Positions 1 to 9,230 of a stretch of DNA of 56,332 bases are shown here, one piece after another (position 1 is the first letter of the stretch; each line of letters opens with the position of its first letter). Source of the DNA: Lentisphaeria bacterium (GTDB lineage Bacteria; Verrucomicrobiota; Lentisphaeria; JABSQK01; JAWLHB01); assembly GCA_041690595.1 (NCBI GenBank), contig JAWLHB010000003.1:248001-304332 (forward strand), given 5' to 3'. The notes beneath the pieces are model-generated. The model worked only from the letters and a program-made list of their open reading frames with translations, made no database searches and was not told the DNA's origin. The translations under genes and the position numbers were made by a program.

Positions 1-591
1 AGCGTCGGCCATATGGACGGTGAGGAAGGAGATCGGCGTGTTCTGGGCGGCAAAGTTGGGTGAGGCAAAGAAGGGCGGCTGATGATTGGGATCGGCAACG
101 CAGAGCTTGTCGAGCATGTACCAGACCGTCGACTGCAGTTGTCCATAGCGCCCGCTCTGATACCGTGCCTCGGCTTCCTTGATGCGCGGATCTTCGCGCT
201 TGTGGAAGTCGATGCCCATGAGACGCCCAGTGCGGCGAGCCGCCTCGATCATGGCATGGGTTTCCTTGACGGTCGCGGCGGTGGGCTTCGGTACGACCAC
301 ATCGCAACCGGCCTCCAGCGCCGCTATCGTCGGCTGGCTGTGCAGATGGTCCGGTGTGTTGACCTGCACGGCATCGAGTTCCACGCTCTGGAGGAGGAGA
401 TTGTAGTCCTTGAAGCGACGATTCTCCGGGATGTTGAAGGTATCGCCGAACCAGTTGCGGTACTCGTCGTTGGGATCGGCCACGGCCACGATGTCGAGCA
501 GGTGGGTATAGTCGCTGCGGAAGTAGAGGTACTGATAGATTTCGCGCACCACCGAACCAACGCCGATAATGCCGACTTTTAGCTTGTCCAT
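1..591 (-). CDS. Gfo/Idh/MocA family oxidoreductase (C-terminus runs off the window; not in supplied ORF track)
   Basis: Manual translation from ATG at 591: MDKLKVGIIGVGSVVRE...LDAVQVNTPDHLH...VVVPKP...GIDFHKREDP. Rossmann GxG motif, TPDHLH, xKP and HKRxD motifs; frame stays open to position 1. Confidence 0.85.
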   Translation of the reverse strand, partial: MDKLKVGIIGVGSVVREIYQYLYFRSDYTHLLDIVAVADPNDEYRNWFGDTFNIPENRRFKDYNLLLQSVELDAVQVNTPDHLHSQPTIAALEAGCDVVVPKPTAATVKETHAMIEAARRTGRLMGIDFHKREDPRIKEAEARYQSGRYGQLQSTVWYMLDKLCVADPNHQPPFFASPNFAAQNTPISFLTVHMADA

Positions 592-622
592 GTTCACAAT
601 GTCCTGTCGTTGATCGAACTGT

Positions 623-2323
623 TTAGATAGAGCCGGTCTGATGGAGAATGAAGTGGGCGACCGTTTCGACGGCGCGCCGCATCTCCTCGATGTCCAGTTG
701 CTCCTGGTCGGAATGAGCATGCGTCAACTTGCCCGAACCGAAGGTGAGAACGGGCATCTGAGGATACTCCGTGGCAAAGAGCCGCGAATCGCAGGAGACG
801 GTCCAGCCGCGAATAGGTTCATCGGCGCATGGAAGCCCGACGGCGCGAGCCGCCGCCATGGCCGTCTGCACCGTGGGTGACTTTGGATCCCCGTCAAAGG
901 CTGCATTGTGCAGCTTATCGTAGCTGACCGCGACGACGTCGCTGCCGGCTTCGGAACGACCGATGCGCCGCAGGTAGCTGTCCGCGCCCCGTTCGGCGGA
1001 GCGCGCAAAGCGGCTCATCACCTCCTCCATCGGATGGGTGGGGACGAATCCCTGTCCACCTTCGAGGAGCAGATCGCCAGCGGGCATGGGCGAGAGCGTG
1101 AGATGGATATCCTCCGCTCCGGCGCTCATGGCGATGGCACGGCGGGAGAAGACGAGACCACGGACGAAATGCGCCATCTTGGTGATGGCGCCGTCGTTCT
1201 CCAGGATGGAGCCCATGTGCCCGGTCGAGCCATGCACATCCACCACAAAGGCGTTCCCTTCGCGGCGCATGTCGTAGTGACTCGCGACCTTCGGCTTGCC
1301 GGTATCGGGATTGAGCACCTTTGTCTTGTCACCATACATGCCCACGTATGTCTCGAGGGCGAACTCGAGTACATCGCGCACCATGGTCTCCGCCTCGGCC
1401 GAAGGCTCCCGATCGAACTCGATGCGGAAGGAGACTTCACCGCAGATGCGGCTGGGATGTTCGCCATAGGAACCAATGCAGCCGTGGCAGGTCTGGACCG
1501 GGCGTTGCGGGAAGAGGTCGTGGCGGCTCTCCGCACGAATGGAACGTCCTTCCTTCTCCATCTCTTCATTGACAAAGGCGAAGAGTTCGAAAAGGTTCAG
1601 GCCGGGGCGGTCGCGCAGGAGGCACTGGTACCAGACCGCACCGCGATTGGCGGGATAAACCACGTTGTCGGTGCATTCCATGACCATGATCGACTCGTAC
1701 CGAGCCTTCAGCTCACGGTCGAGCGCCAGCGAAAGCGAGCCGTTGCCGCCGGTCTCTTCCTCGACCACGAACATGCAGGTCACGCCGCGATTGAGGGTGC
1801 TCTTCCGCTCGGCCAGGAGCTGTGACACCACCTTGAGAGCGGCGATGATGGAAACCACCTGCCCCTTGTCGTCGCAGGAACCACGGCCGAAAACGATCCC
1901 GTCTTCCACGCGAGGCGGGAAGTAGGGATGGACGATGTCTACATGCGCATTCAGCGCGAGAGAACTGCCCGCATTGCTGCTTTCCGCACCCGGAATCGTG
2001 AAGAGCATGTTGCTGCGCCCGGTATAGGTCTCCTCCGGGCTCAACCCCTCGGGACGCTCCCGCGTCTTCGTGAAGTGCAACTGCGAGAAGGCCGGATGTT
2101 CCGCGATTCGCGGGTTGATCGGGCGCCGTTCGGCTACGGCACCCCGCAGGCCGAAGGTCATCAGCTCCCGCTCGATGATGTCGAAACACGCGGCCTCGGC
2201 ATCGCGCATCCTGCTGACGTCGGCGGCGGGCGTGGAATCGATCCGGCACATTTCCACGAGCAGCTCGGTGAGATAGCCAGTGAAAGCGGTATCGCGGGTG
2301 ATAGCCTGAATCTGTTCGATCAT
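623..2323 (-). CDS. M20 family metallo-hydrolase (ArgE/DapE-like deacylase), enlarged, about 566 aa
   Basis: NAHVD, GRGSCDDKG, VEEE, VME and C-terminal HAH metal motifs. Start MIEQ at 2323 has an AAGGAA RBS just after the upstream stop. Confidence 0.85.
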   Translation of the reverse strand: MIEQIQAITRDTAFTGYLTELLVEMCRIDSTPAADVSRMRDAEAACFDIIERELMTFGLRGAVAERRPINPRIAEHPAFSQLHFTKTRERPEGLSPEETYTGRSNMLFTIPGAESSNAGSSLALNAHVDIVHPYFPPRVEDGIVFGRGSCDDKGQVVSIIAALKVVSQLLAERKSTLNRGVTCMFVVEEETGGNGSLSLALDRELKARYESIMVMECTDNVVYPANRGAVWYQCLLRDRPGLNLFELFAFVNEEMEKEGRSIRAESRHDLFPQRPVQTCHGCIGSYGEHPSRICGEVSFRIEFDREPSAEAETMVRDVLEFALETYVGMYGDKTKVLNPDTGKPKVASHYDMRREGNAFVVDVHGSTGHMGSILENDGAITKMAHFVRGLVFSRRAIAMSAGAEDIHLTLSPMPAGDLLLEGGQGFVPTHPMEEVMSRFARSAERGADSYLRRIGRSEAGSDVVAVSYDKLHNAAFDGDPKSPTVQTAMAAARAVGLPCADEPIRGWTVSCDSRLFATEYPQMPVLTFGSGKLTHAHSDQEQLDIEEMRRAVETVAHFILHQTGSI

Positions 2324-2334
2324 GGTGAGTTCCT

Positions 2335-3702
2335 TTAGTGGAGGATATGATCGCAGGCAGCTTCCAGGACGTCGAGACCTTCGTTGAAGGCGTCGAGCGG
2401 CGTGGTGAGCGGCGGTGCGATCTTGATACAGGCGCCGCCCAACCCAACGGGGGCGAACATGAGCAGCCCCTGCTGGAAGCAACGCTCGTTGATGGCAAGA
2501 GCGGTATCCCCGTCGGGCTCTTTGGTGCCGGGCTTCACCAGAAGCAAGCCGCCGACAAGCCCGCGGTAGAGAGCGATACCGATGTTGGCGGTATGCTTCT
2601 GGCGGATCTTCTCGAGGCGGCTGCCCAGCAGCGCGCCGAGTTCCGCCGCGTGTTCGCTCAGCTTCTCGTCGCACAGGAGCTTGAGATTGGCGATGGCGGA
2701 GACAACCGGCAGAGGACTACCGCTGTGGGTACTGGTCATCGATCCTGGCGGGTAGAGATTCATGATGTCGGTGCGGCCAATGACGGCTGCCAGGGGTAGC
2801 CCCGAAGAGATGCCCTTGCCGCAGCAGATCAGATCCGGCGTGAGGTCGTAATGTTCGAAGGCGAACAACTTGCCGGTGCGGCCAAAGCCGGACTGGACTT
2901 CATCCATGATCAGGACAACATCGTTCCGCTTGCACCATTCGCCCAGCTTGCGGGCATACTCGCCCGGCATGAAGTTCGGACCGATCCCCTGATACGTTTC
3001 GGAGATGACGCCGGCGACATCTTCGGGCGCGATGCCCTGGTCGGCGAGAGTCTTCTCGAAGACGTTGAAGGAGACATCCTCCTGGCGGAACCCATCGGGG
3101 AAGGGAACGTTGACAAAGCCGCCGGGAAGGGCGACGATCCATTCCTTGAGAGCGGGAATGCCACCCATCATCTGCGAGCCGAGGGTGCGGCCATGGAAGG
3201 CGCCGCCAAAAGAGACAATAACATGCTTGCGCGTGCCGTGCTTGCGAACGGCATAGGTGCGCGCCAGCTTCATGGCGTTCTCCGTGGCTTCACTGCCGGT
3301 AGAGAGCAGGAAGACCTTGTCCAGTCCGGCGGGGGCGAGATCGACGAGCATCTTGCAGAGCTGCGCCCGCGCCTCATGAGCGAAGACGTAGGTGGAGAGC
3401 AACGGTTTGTCGATGCACTCGCGTAGCGCGTCGCAGATCTCGGCCCTGCCATGTCCGGCATTGGCGACGAGTACGCAGCTGGACCAATCGAGCCACATGT
3501 TGCCCCAACGATCATGGACCTGAATCCCTTCGGCCCGATCCCAGATAACGGGGGGCTGCCCCTGCATGCTGATCGGCTCGTACTTCTCAAGCTGTTCGAA
3601 AACAGGCAGCGACTCGGGGACCGGCAGCTGGGTGCGGATGCGGCGGTACTTCGTCTCCACCTGCTCCACGGCCTGCGGCGTCATCGAATATTTGTGTTTC
3701 AT
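2335..3702 (-). CDS. Class-III PLP-dependent aminotransferase
   Basis: TGSEATENA, AFHGRT, MDEVQSGFGRTG, PLP-Lys in CGKGISSG, TSTHSG. Confidence 0.92.
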   Translation of the reverse strand: MKHKYSMTPQAVEQVETKYRRIRTQLPVPESLPVFEQLEKYEPISMQGQPPVIWDRAEGIQVHDRWGNMWLDWSSCVLVANAGHGRAEICDALRECIDKPLLSTYVFAHEARAQLCKMLVDLAPAGLDKVFLLSTGSEATENAMKLARTYAVRKHGTRKHVIVSFGGAFHGRTLGSQMMGGIPALKEWIVALPGGFVNVPFPDGFRQEDVSFNVFEKTLADQGIAPEDVAGVISETYQGIGPNFMPGEYARKLGEWCKRNDVVLIMDEVQSGFGRTGKLFAFEHYDLTPDLICCGKGISSGLPLAAVIGRTDIMNLYPPGSMTSTHSGSPLPVVSAIANLKLLCDEKLSEHAAELGALLGSRLEKIRQKHTANIGIALYRGLVGGLLLVKPGTKEPDGDTALAINERCFQQGLLMFAPVGLGGACIKIAPPLTTPLDAFNEGLDVLEAACDHILH

Positions 3703-3715
3703 CGTCCTCTCCTTC

Positions 3716-4813
3716 TCAGTTTATTGCCAATTGATTTGACGCCGGCGCGGTGGACTGCCGGACGACCAGTTCCGGTCGCAGCAGCACCTGCTTTTCCTTC
3801 GGCGCACACCCCTCCAGCAGGTTCAGCAACATGATTGCCGCCTGCCGTCCATTCTCCCTCAAATCCGTGCGTATGGTGGTCAGCGGCGGATCGGCAAGCA
3901 GCACGGGCACCTGCTGATCCCCATACCCCATGACGGCGAAGTCGTCGGGCACGCGTTTGCCCCGTCGCTTCAGCGCGTTGATCACCATGACAGCCATCAC
4001 ATCATCCGCCACAAACCAAGCCGTGGGCGGAGCATCCAGCGCGAGCAATTTCTCGACAACGTCTTCGACCCCCGCGCGATCATCCGGTCTCGCATCCAGG
4101 AAGAGTTCCTCGGCAAAAGGCACCCCTGCTTTGGCCAGAGCTTCCCGATATCCCTCGAGCAGGCGACGGATCAGCATGGGCCGATACTCAACCGGATAGC
4201 GAAAGATGGGGCGCGTAACCAGCGCGATTCGCCGATGCCCCAAGCTCAGCAGATGCTCCATCGCCAGGAGCGCCCCGGTCTTGCTGTCGTAGGTGATGCC
4301 AGGTACGGGCTCGCCGGTTTCGGTGCGTGCTTCAAAGGAGCCGTTGACCGTGACCACGGGCATGCCGTGGCGATGGAGTTCCGTTACCGAAAGATTGGCA
4401 AAGCACTGCTTGTCGAGGATGATGCCATTGAGCAGCTTCGTACGAAAATGATCGACGATGCGCGCCACGGCATCGGAGCAGTCCACCTGCCCGATACTGA
4501 TGGGCAGAGCCTGGAGAATGGGGACATAGCCACGATCGAGGGCAACCATGCGGATACCATCAAAGAGCGCAGCGGTGTCGCTTTCATCTTCCTGCCCCGG
4601 CCGGCCGACAGCGATGCCGACATGGCGGAGCGACTGCTTGATGGAGCGCTGCAAGAGCGAACGCTGATAGCCCAGCTTGTTGGCGGCGTCCCACACCTTG
4701 TCGCGGGTCAATGCCGCCACCTGCGCATCGGGGTTGTTGTTCAACGCATGGGCGACCGTGGTGGGCGAGACTCCCGCCATCCGTGCTACATCCCGCATTG
4801 TCACCTTCGCCAT
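3716..4813 (-). CDS. LacI/GalR family transcriptional regulator
   Basis: N-terminal HTH VTMRDVARMAGVSPTTVAHAL; C-terminal VPDDFAVMGYGD, PPLTTI, PELVVRQST. Confidence 0.93.
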   Translation of the reverse strand: MAKVTMRDVARMAGVSPTTVAHALNNNPDAQVAALTRDKVWDAANKLGYQRSLLQRSIKQSLRHVGIAVGRPGQEDESDTAALFDGIRMVALDRGYVPILQALPISIGQVDCSDAVARIVDHFRTKLLNGIILDKQCFANLSVTELHRHGMPVVTVNGSFEARTETGEPVPGITYDSKTGALLAMEHLLSLGHRRIALVTRPIFRYPVEYRPMLIRRLLEGYREALAKAGVPFAEELFLDARPDDRAGVEDVVEKLLALDAPPTAWFVADDVMAVMVINALKRRGKRVPDDFAVMGYGDQQVPVLLADPPLTTIRTDLRENGRQAAIMLLNLLEGCAPKEKQVLLRPELVVRQSTAPASNQLAIN

Positions 4814-4851
4814 GCCATCGTCCCCTGCTGGTCCACGTCGTAAAAGCCATC

Positions 4852-4880
4852 ACACTACCCAAACTTGTTTGGCTTTTCAA
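4852..4880 (-). promoter_or_regulatory. Putative sigma70 promoter of the lacI operon with a palindromic operator in the spacer
   Basis: Minus strand TTGAAA-N17-TAGTGT; inverted repeat CCAAAC-TT-GTTTGG at 4859-4872 lies between -35 and -10. Confidence 0.55.
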
Positions 4881-5049
4881 GCGATTCCACCTGATTTTTC
4901 TCTGTTACCTTGCGGACGCGCGGGAATGGTGAGTGGAAGTTTGGACCAATGGAGAGAGGTATGCTTGTGTTGGAGCGACTAGCACGGTAAGTTACACGCG
5001 CTTTCATCAAATCAGAACCCGTCCAATTCCGTATAGGTTTCCCTTATTC

Positions 5050-6183
5050 ATGCACGAAGATCGACCAGCCGGCGCTACCATTCTTTCTCTGCTGCATATG
5101 GCAGGCGGCGCCTTGATATTGGCAGGCACATTCTACCTGGTATCGAAGAATGCGACAATCCCGACGCCGCTGATCAAGCTGGCGGTGCCGCAGTGGTTTG
5201 TCATTGTCTGGTTGACCCTGTTTGGAATCTGGTCGCTTGGAGCAGGGATAGAGCTGTGGATTACCCGCAACAGCGGCTGGCATCTCATCACGGCCTTTTA
5301 CCTGCACCTGATTCTGCAGGTGGCAGTACTGCTTATACAGGCGGGACTCAAGATCGATTATGTCGTCTCCTTTTCGTTTCCGGTGATCCTGCTGCTCTGT
5401 GGCGTGCTGCTCATCAGCGGCATCCTCTATGCATACTTCTGGCACCGGGAAGTGGTAGAGTCGTATGACATGGAGAGCACCGGCATGCTCTCCAGGCTGA
5501 TGCCCTCCGTGATTGTGGGGGTACTTCTGGTTATCGCCGCGCATGCGGGATACCGCTTCTTTGGCTCGGAGCCAGTCGCGGCACCACCAGAGGTTGAAGT
5601 GGGTGAAGATCCCTACTCGACCAGCGGATCACGCCTGCTCGAGCGCACCGTGCAGAACGAGCAAGAGGCGATGAGTTGGCTTCGAGAAGCGCTCGCAGCC
5701 AGCGTTGGCACGGCAGGAGTCACCCTCCCGCGGGCACAGACACTCGCGGCCGGCCCGGATCTCTGGGCAATGATCAACACCACTCCGGATCTGGATGCCG
5801 ACGCCATCGAGTTGGTGCCCATATCGACCATCGCCACACGCACCACGGAAGAGGTTGCCATCTCACCAGTGCTTGTGGCACTGGTGAAGACACCAAAGGC
5901 GCAATCTGTATGGTGGCGTGCAACACTCCGGCTGGTCAGCGAGCAGCAGCCACCGATTGTACGCGCGGCCACGCCACTCGAGCGTCATCATCTATCCGCG
6001 CGTATTCCTCTGGACTTTTCCAGCAAGCCCTTGATCATCCTCGAAGGAGACAAGCGGATCGCCATTGCCTTCCGCTCGGTCCAGGGTATCAATGAAGCGT
6101 ACTTCATCGATCTGTTACCCTCGGATGCCGATCTGGAACCCGGAGCGCGGAGCCTTCCCGAGCCATCTCCCGAAGCTCCGTAA
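5050..6183 (+). CDS. Hypothetical membrane protein (about 5 N-terminal TM segments plus soluble C-terminal domain)
   Basis: Long ORF; several hydrophobic segments in the first ~170 aa; ATG at 5050 preferred over GTG at 4933; no recognised motif. Confidence 0.7.
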   Translation: MHEDRPAGATILSLLHMAGGALILAGTFYLVSKNATIPTPLIKLAVPQWFVIVWLTLFGIWSLGAGIELWITRNSGWHLITAFYLHLILQVAVLLIQAGLKIDYVVSFSFPVILLLCGVLLISGILYAYFWHREVVESYDMESTGMLSRLMPSVIVGVLLVIAAHAGYRFFGSEPVAAPPEVEVGEDPYSTSGSRLLERTVQNEQEAMSWLREALAASVGTAGVTLPRAQTLAAGPDLWAMINTTPDLDADAIELVPISTIATRTTEEVAISPVLVALVKTPKAQSVWWRATLRLVSEQQPPIVRAATPLERHHLSARIPLDFSSKPLIILEGDKRIAIAFRSVQGINEAYFIDLLPSDADLEPGARSLPEPSPEAP

Positions 6184-6229
6184 TTCAACCGCGGCTCCCT
6201 GCACCTCCAACTAAATCGACCACTTGCCG

Positions 6230-7978
6230 ATGATCCAGGTATGGCTCACCAGCGGTGCACTTCTTGTGGTGCTTGCCGGTCTCGGATGGCACGTTCCATT
6301 TGGCAGCGGACGCCGCCAGGCACTTGGACCGGAGCGATTCGCGCTGCACCTGACCGTGGGTGTGGCGCTTGGTGTCGTGGCGTTGCACTGGCTGACTCCC
6401 CTTCTGGGACTGGTGGGCGGGGCGCTTCTCCTCATCGCCAGCGGGCTTTGCGGCTGGTGGCGCCTCGTCCACGGCCTTCAGCGGCGGCGGTGGCGGCTGG
6501 AACGCCGTCGATCGCTGCCCCTGTTGATTGCGATGGTTGTCGGCGCTATCCCTGCCACTCTCGCCGTTGCCTCCTCCACGGTTCCCTTCAATTTTGACGG
6601 GATCTTTCACAGCATGCTGGTTCATATCATTGCGGAAGGCGGCAGCATTCCCACCACGTGGGAGCCTTTCGAGCCTGTCCCGCTCAATTACCCACTCGGC
6701 ATCCACCTGCTGATGGCGGTCAACCAGCGATTCTTCGCGCCCCTGCTGCCGGAGCTGTTTCGGGCCTTCTGCTGGTGGTTTGCGGCGCTGCAGATCCCCC
6801 TGGCCTGGGTGCTGGCGAAGCGCTTCCTGCGCCACGACTGGGCCGCGCTCGGCGCCGCGATCATCTTCGCTGTCGTCCCCCGTTGGGGCGCCCCTGCCAA
6901 CATCACCCTGTGGGGTGGATTGCCGACCCTCGTCGACATGACCTTCTTCGGAGCCTTTCTGCTCCTCATGCTGCGTACCCGTGTCCGTAGCGACATCCTG
7001 GCCGGTGGCATACTGCTGGCTGCCATCATCATGACGCACCACCTGACCGCCTTTATCATTGCGATGGTTCTGGGTGTTTACCTGCTGACGATCCTCTACC
7101 GTCCAGCCAGGCCGCACCAGCGTGACTTCCTCTTGCTCTGCCTTCCCGTGCAACTGCTGCTGGCACTTCCGGCGCTGATGCGCTACGTGCAGCAGAGTCG
7201 GCGCCTGGGTGATACGGAAGCCTTCAGCTTCACGGAGGAGAAGGTCTTCACCCTGATGGAGTATGTTCAGCAGTCCGGCACCATCTTTTTGCTGCTGGTG
7301 CTGGTCGGCATCGTTTGGGGACTCTGGCGGTCCCAACGCCTGGCGCACGTGCACCTTCTTGCATGCTGGATTGGGTCCATCGGCGTCGGCTACCTGCTGG
7401 TGGGGCAGATCTACCCATGGTATATCCTGCAGACCAGCGGGCAGGTGATGACCGCAATGACTCCCTCGCGCTGGGCGACCATGCTGGCCTGTCCACTGGC
7501 TATTGTGGCCGCCATGCCGCTCAAGCACCGCCATGTCTGGTGGCTCGCCGTTCCGATCTTTGTGTTTCTCACCTGGAGTGAGCATCGCCAACCGGTGGAG
7601 CAGGCGCTATCCCCGGCCCGCATCGCCCTCTACACGGCTCTGCGGGAGCACGTACCCAAGAACGACTTCATCCTCAACACCATCACCATGAGCGGCTTTG
7701 AAATTGGCTGGATGGCGGCGTTATCGGGGCGGGAAAGCTACCCGACGCAGCTGCCCGCGTCCGAACCGAGGAACCATCCCGCCATTCGCGAGAAGGAGGA
7801 GTTCCTGGGGAATCCAGACCTGGAACGGCTACGTCAATGGTTGGCCAGGCGCGGCAAGATCGGATACATCCTGGCGGCACAGCCACCCGCCGGCGCCACA
7901 CCGCACCCGCTGTTGGAACCGGTATGGCAGCAGCCGTCAGTGGTCCTGTATCGGCTTACTCCAGAAACGGAGCCCTGA
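6230..7978 (+). CDS. Polytopic membrane protein, probable GT-C-fold glycosyltransferase-like
   Basis: More than 10 TM segments; early extracytoplasmic loop FDGIFH...IIAEGG...NYPLGIH and later THHLT pattern resemble GT-C enzymes; soluble C-terminal domain. Confidence 0.6.
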   Translation: MIQVWLTSGALLVVLAGLGWHVPFGSGRRQALGPERFALHLTVGVALGVVALHWLTPLLGLVGGALLLIASGLCGWWRLVHGLQRRRWRLERRRSLPLLIAMVVGAIPATLAVASSTVPFNFDGIFHSMLVHIIAEGGSIPTTWEPFEPVPLNYPLGIHLLMAVNQRFFAPLLPELFRAFCWWFAALQIPLAWVLAKRFLRHDWAALGAAIIFAVVPRWGAPANITLWGGLPTLVDMTFFGAFLLLMLRTRVRSDILAGGILLAAIIMTHHLTAFIIAMVLGVYLLTILYRPARPHQRDFLLLCLPVQLLLALPALMRYVQQSRRLGDTEAFSFTEEKVFTLMEYVQQSGTIFLLLVLVGIVWGLWRSQRLAHVHLLACWIGSIGVGYLLVGQIYPWYILQTSGQVMTAMTPSRWATMLACPLAIVAAMPLKHRHVWWLAVPIFVFLTWSEHRQPVEQALSPARIALYTALREHVPKNDFILNTITMSGFEIGWMAALSGRESYPTQLPASEPRNHPAIREKEEFLGNPDLERLRQWLARRGKIGYILAAQPPAGATPHPLLEPVWQQPSVVLYRLTPETEP

Positions 7979-7979
7979 G

Positions 7980-9230
7980 CTACCAGGTGCGGAAAGAAAC
8001 GTGCGCTTCCGGCTCGTAGGTGATCCGCACTGGCCGTGCATCATTCTGAATGGAGAGACGCGCAGCTTCGATCACCAGCTCATTGTAGCTGCTGTTGGCG
8101 GGTGTCGCCAGAATGCCTTCGGCATCGATGGCTCGTAAACACGCCTGCCGCCCCGCCAGATCGCCGGCCGCTTCGACGCGAAGAAGAGCCTTGACGAGCC
8201 CTTCGACGCTGCGATAGCCATAGCCGACAGCGACCTTGCCCTCGCCGCCGCGATAGACAAGGCGCATGTAATCGGGGCTTGGTTCACTGTAGCGCTTCAC
8301 CTCCGCACTGTCGCCGGTATGGCAGTACTTGAGCCCGCGATACTGGTCCTCATGGATCAGCAGAGTGCCGTCGTCATCGCCCTGACCGAGCAGCTTGAGC
8401 CCCTGCATGTTGCCGCCGGCGGCATGATTGGGATAGCCGATGGCATTGATCACGTTGAGGCACCCACCATTGTCCCAGATCACACGCGCATCGGTCCACA
8501 GGTACCCCTGCCTGCCATTCGGATACGCATCGACGATGCCATAGACGGAGACTTCCACCGGCAGGTGGCCCGTGATGAAGTGCACCTGATCGACATAATG
8601 GCAGCCCACGTAGGTGAAGAGATCGGTGTTCTCGCAGGTACACCAATTCTGGAAGTTCGACTCGCGATAGTACCACGGTTCGACCAAGGATGCCTGTCCA
8701 AGGCGGAAGTTGCCGAAGCGGCCTTCGCGGTAAAGCTGACGCGCCATAAGTGCGCGGTCGTCGAAACGCTTATGATACTCCACGCCGACAAAGAGGCCCC
8801 GCCCATGAGCGACTGCGGCGATCTCCTGCGCCTCACGGTGCGTCAAGACCAACGGCTTGACGGCGATGACGTGCTGATCGGCCGCCAAAGCTTCCATCAC
8901 GACCTGAAAATGAAGTTGGTCGGGCAGCGCCATCACCACCAACTGTCGTGGTTTCATCCTCGCCAGCACGTCGCGGTAGAGGTGCGGATGGCGCTGATCG
9001 GGATCCGACACCTGGCGGAAGTCGGGGTGTGGCCTGAAGCTCTGACCGGGAAATGCATCGCGGAGCGTCTGGTTGTCAGCAAGTGCAGCCATGGTACGAG
9101 CGGTCTGCGCACAGACGTCGATTTCTCCGATCACCCCGTCGCGTTGCAACTGGTACAACGCCGGCAACAGCTGATCGTGGGCAATCATCCCTCCGCCAAC
9201 CATGAGCACATCCGGTTTTGCCATCATCAT
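7980..9230 (-). CDS. Gfo/Idh/MocA family oxidoreductase (HKRFD subtype, resembling fungal GaaA D-galacturonate reductase)
   Basis: VLMVGGG, ALPDQLH, AVKP, VEYHKRFD, CHYVD, GYGYRS motifs. Confidence 0.8.
   Translation of the reverse strand: MMMAKPDVLMVGGGMIAHDQLLPALYQLQRDGVIGEIDVCAQTARTMAALADNQTLRDAFPGQSFRPHPDFRQVSDPDQRHPHLYRDVLARMKPRQLVVMALPDQLHFQVVMEALAADQHVIAVKPLVLTHREAQEIAAVAHGRGLFVGVEYHKRFDDRALMARQLYREGRFGNFRLGQASLVEPWYYRESNFQNWCTCENTDLFTYVGCHYVDQVHFITGHLPVEVSVYGIVDAYPNGRQGYLWTDARVIWDNGGCLNVINAIGYPNHAAGGNMQGLKLLGQGDDDGTLLIHEDQYRGLKYCHTGDSAEVKRYSEPSPDYMRLVYRGGEGKVAVGYGYRSVEGLVKALLRVEAAGDLAGRQACLRAIDAEGILATPANSSYNELVIEAARLSIQNDARPVRITYEPEAHVSFRTW

Noticed and set aside
82..582. 166-aa plus-strand ORF
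   Set aside because: Antisense to the Gfo/Idh/MocA gene at 1-591, which the ORF track missed because it runs off the edge.
2324..2674. N-terminal extension of the M20 ORF, and similar extensions on ORFs listed from 25288, 32826, 45659, 50260 and 53887
   Set aside because: They overlap neighbouring genes or promoters and are low-complexity; downstream ATGs fit an RBS, signal peptide or family N-terminus better.
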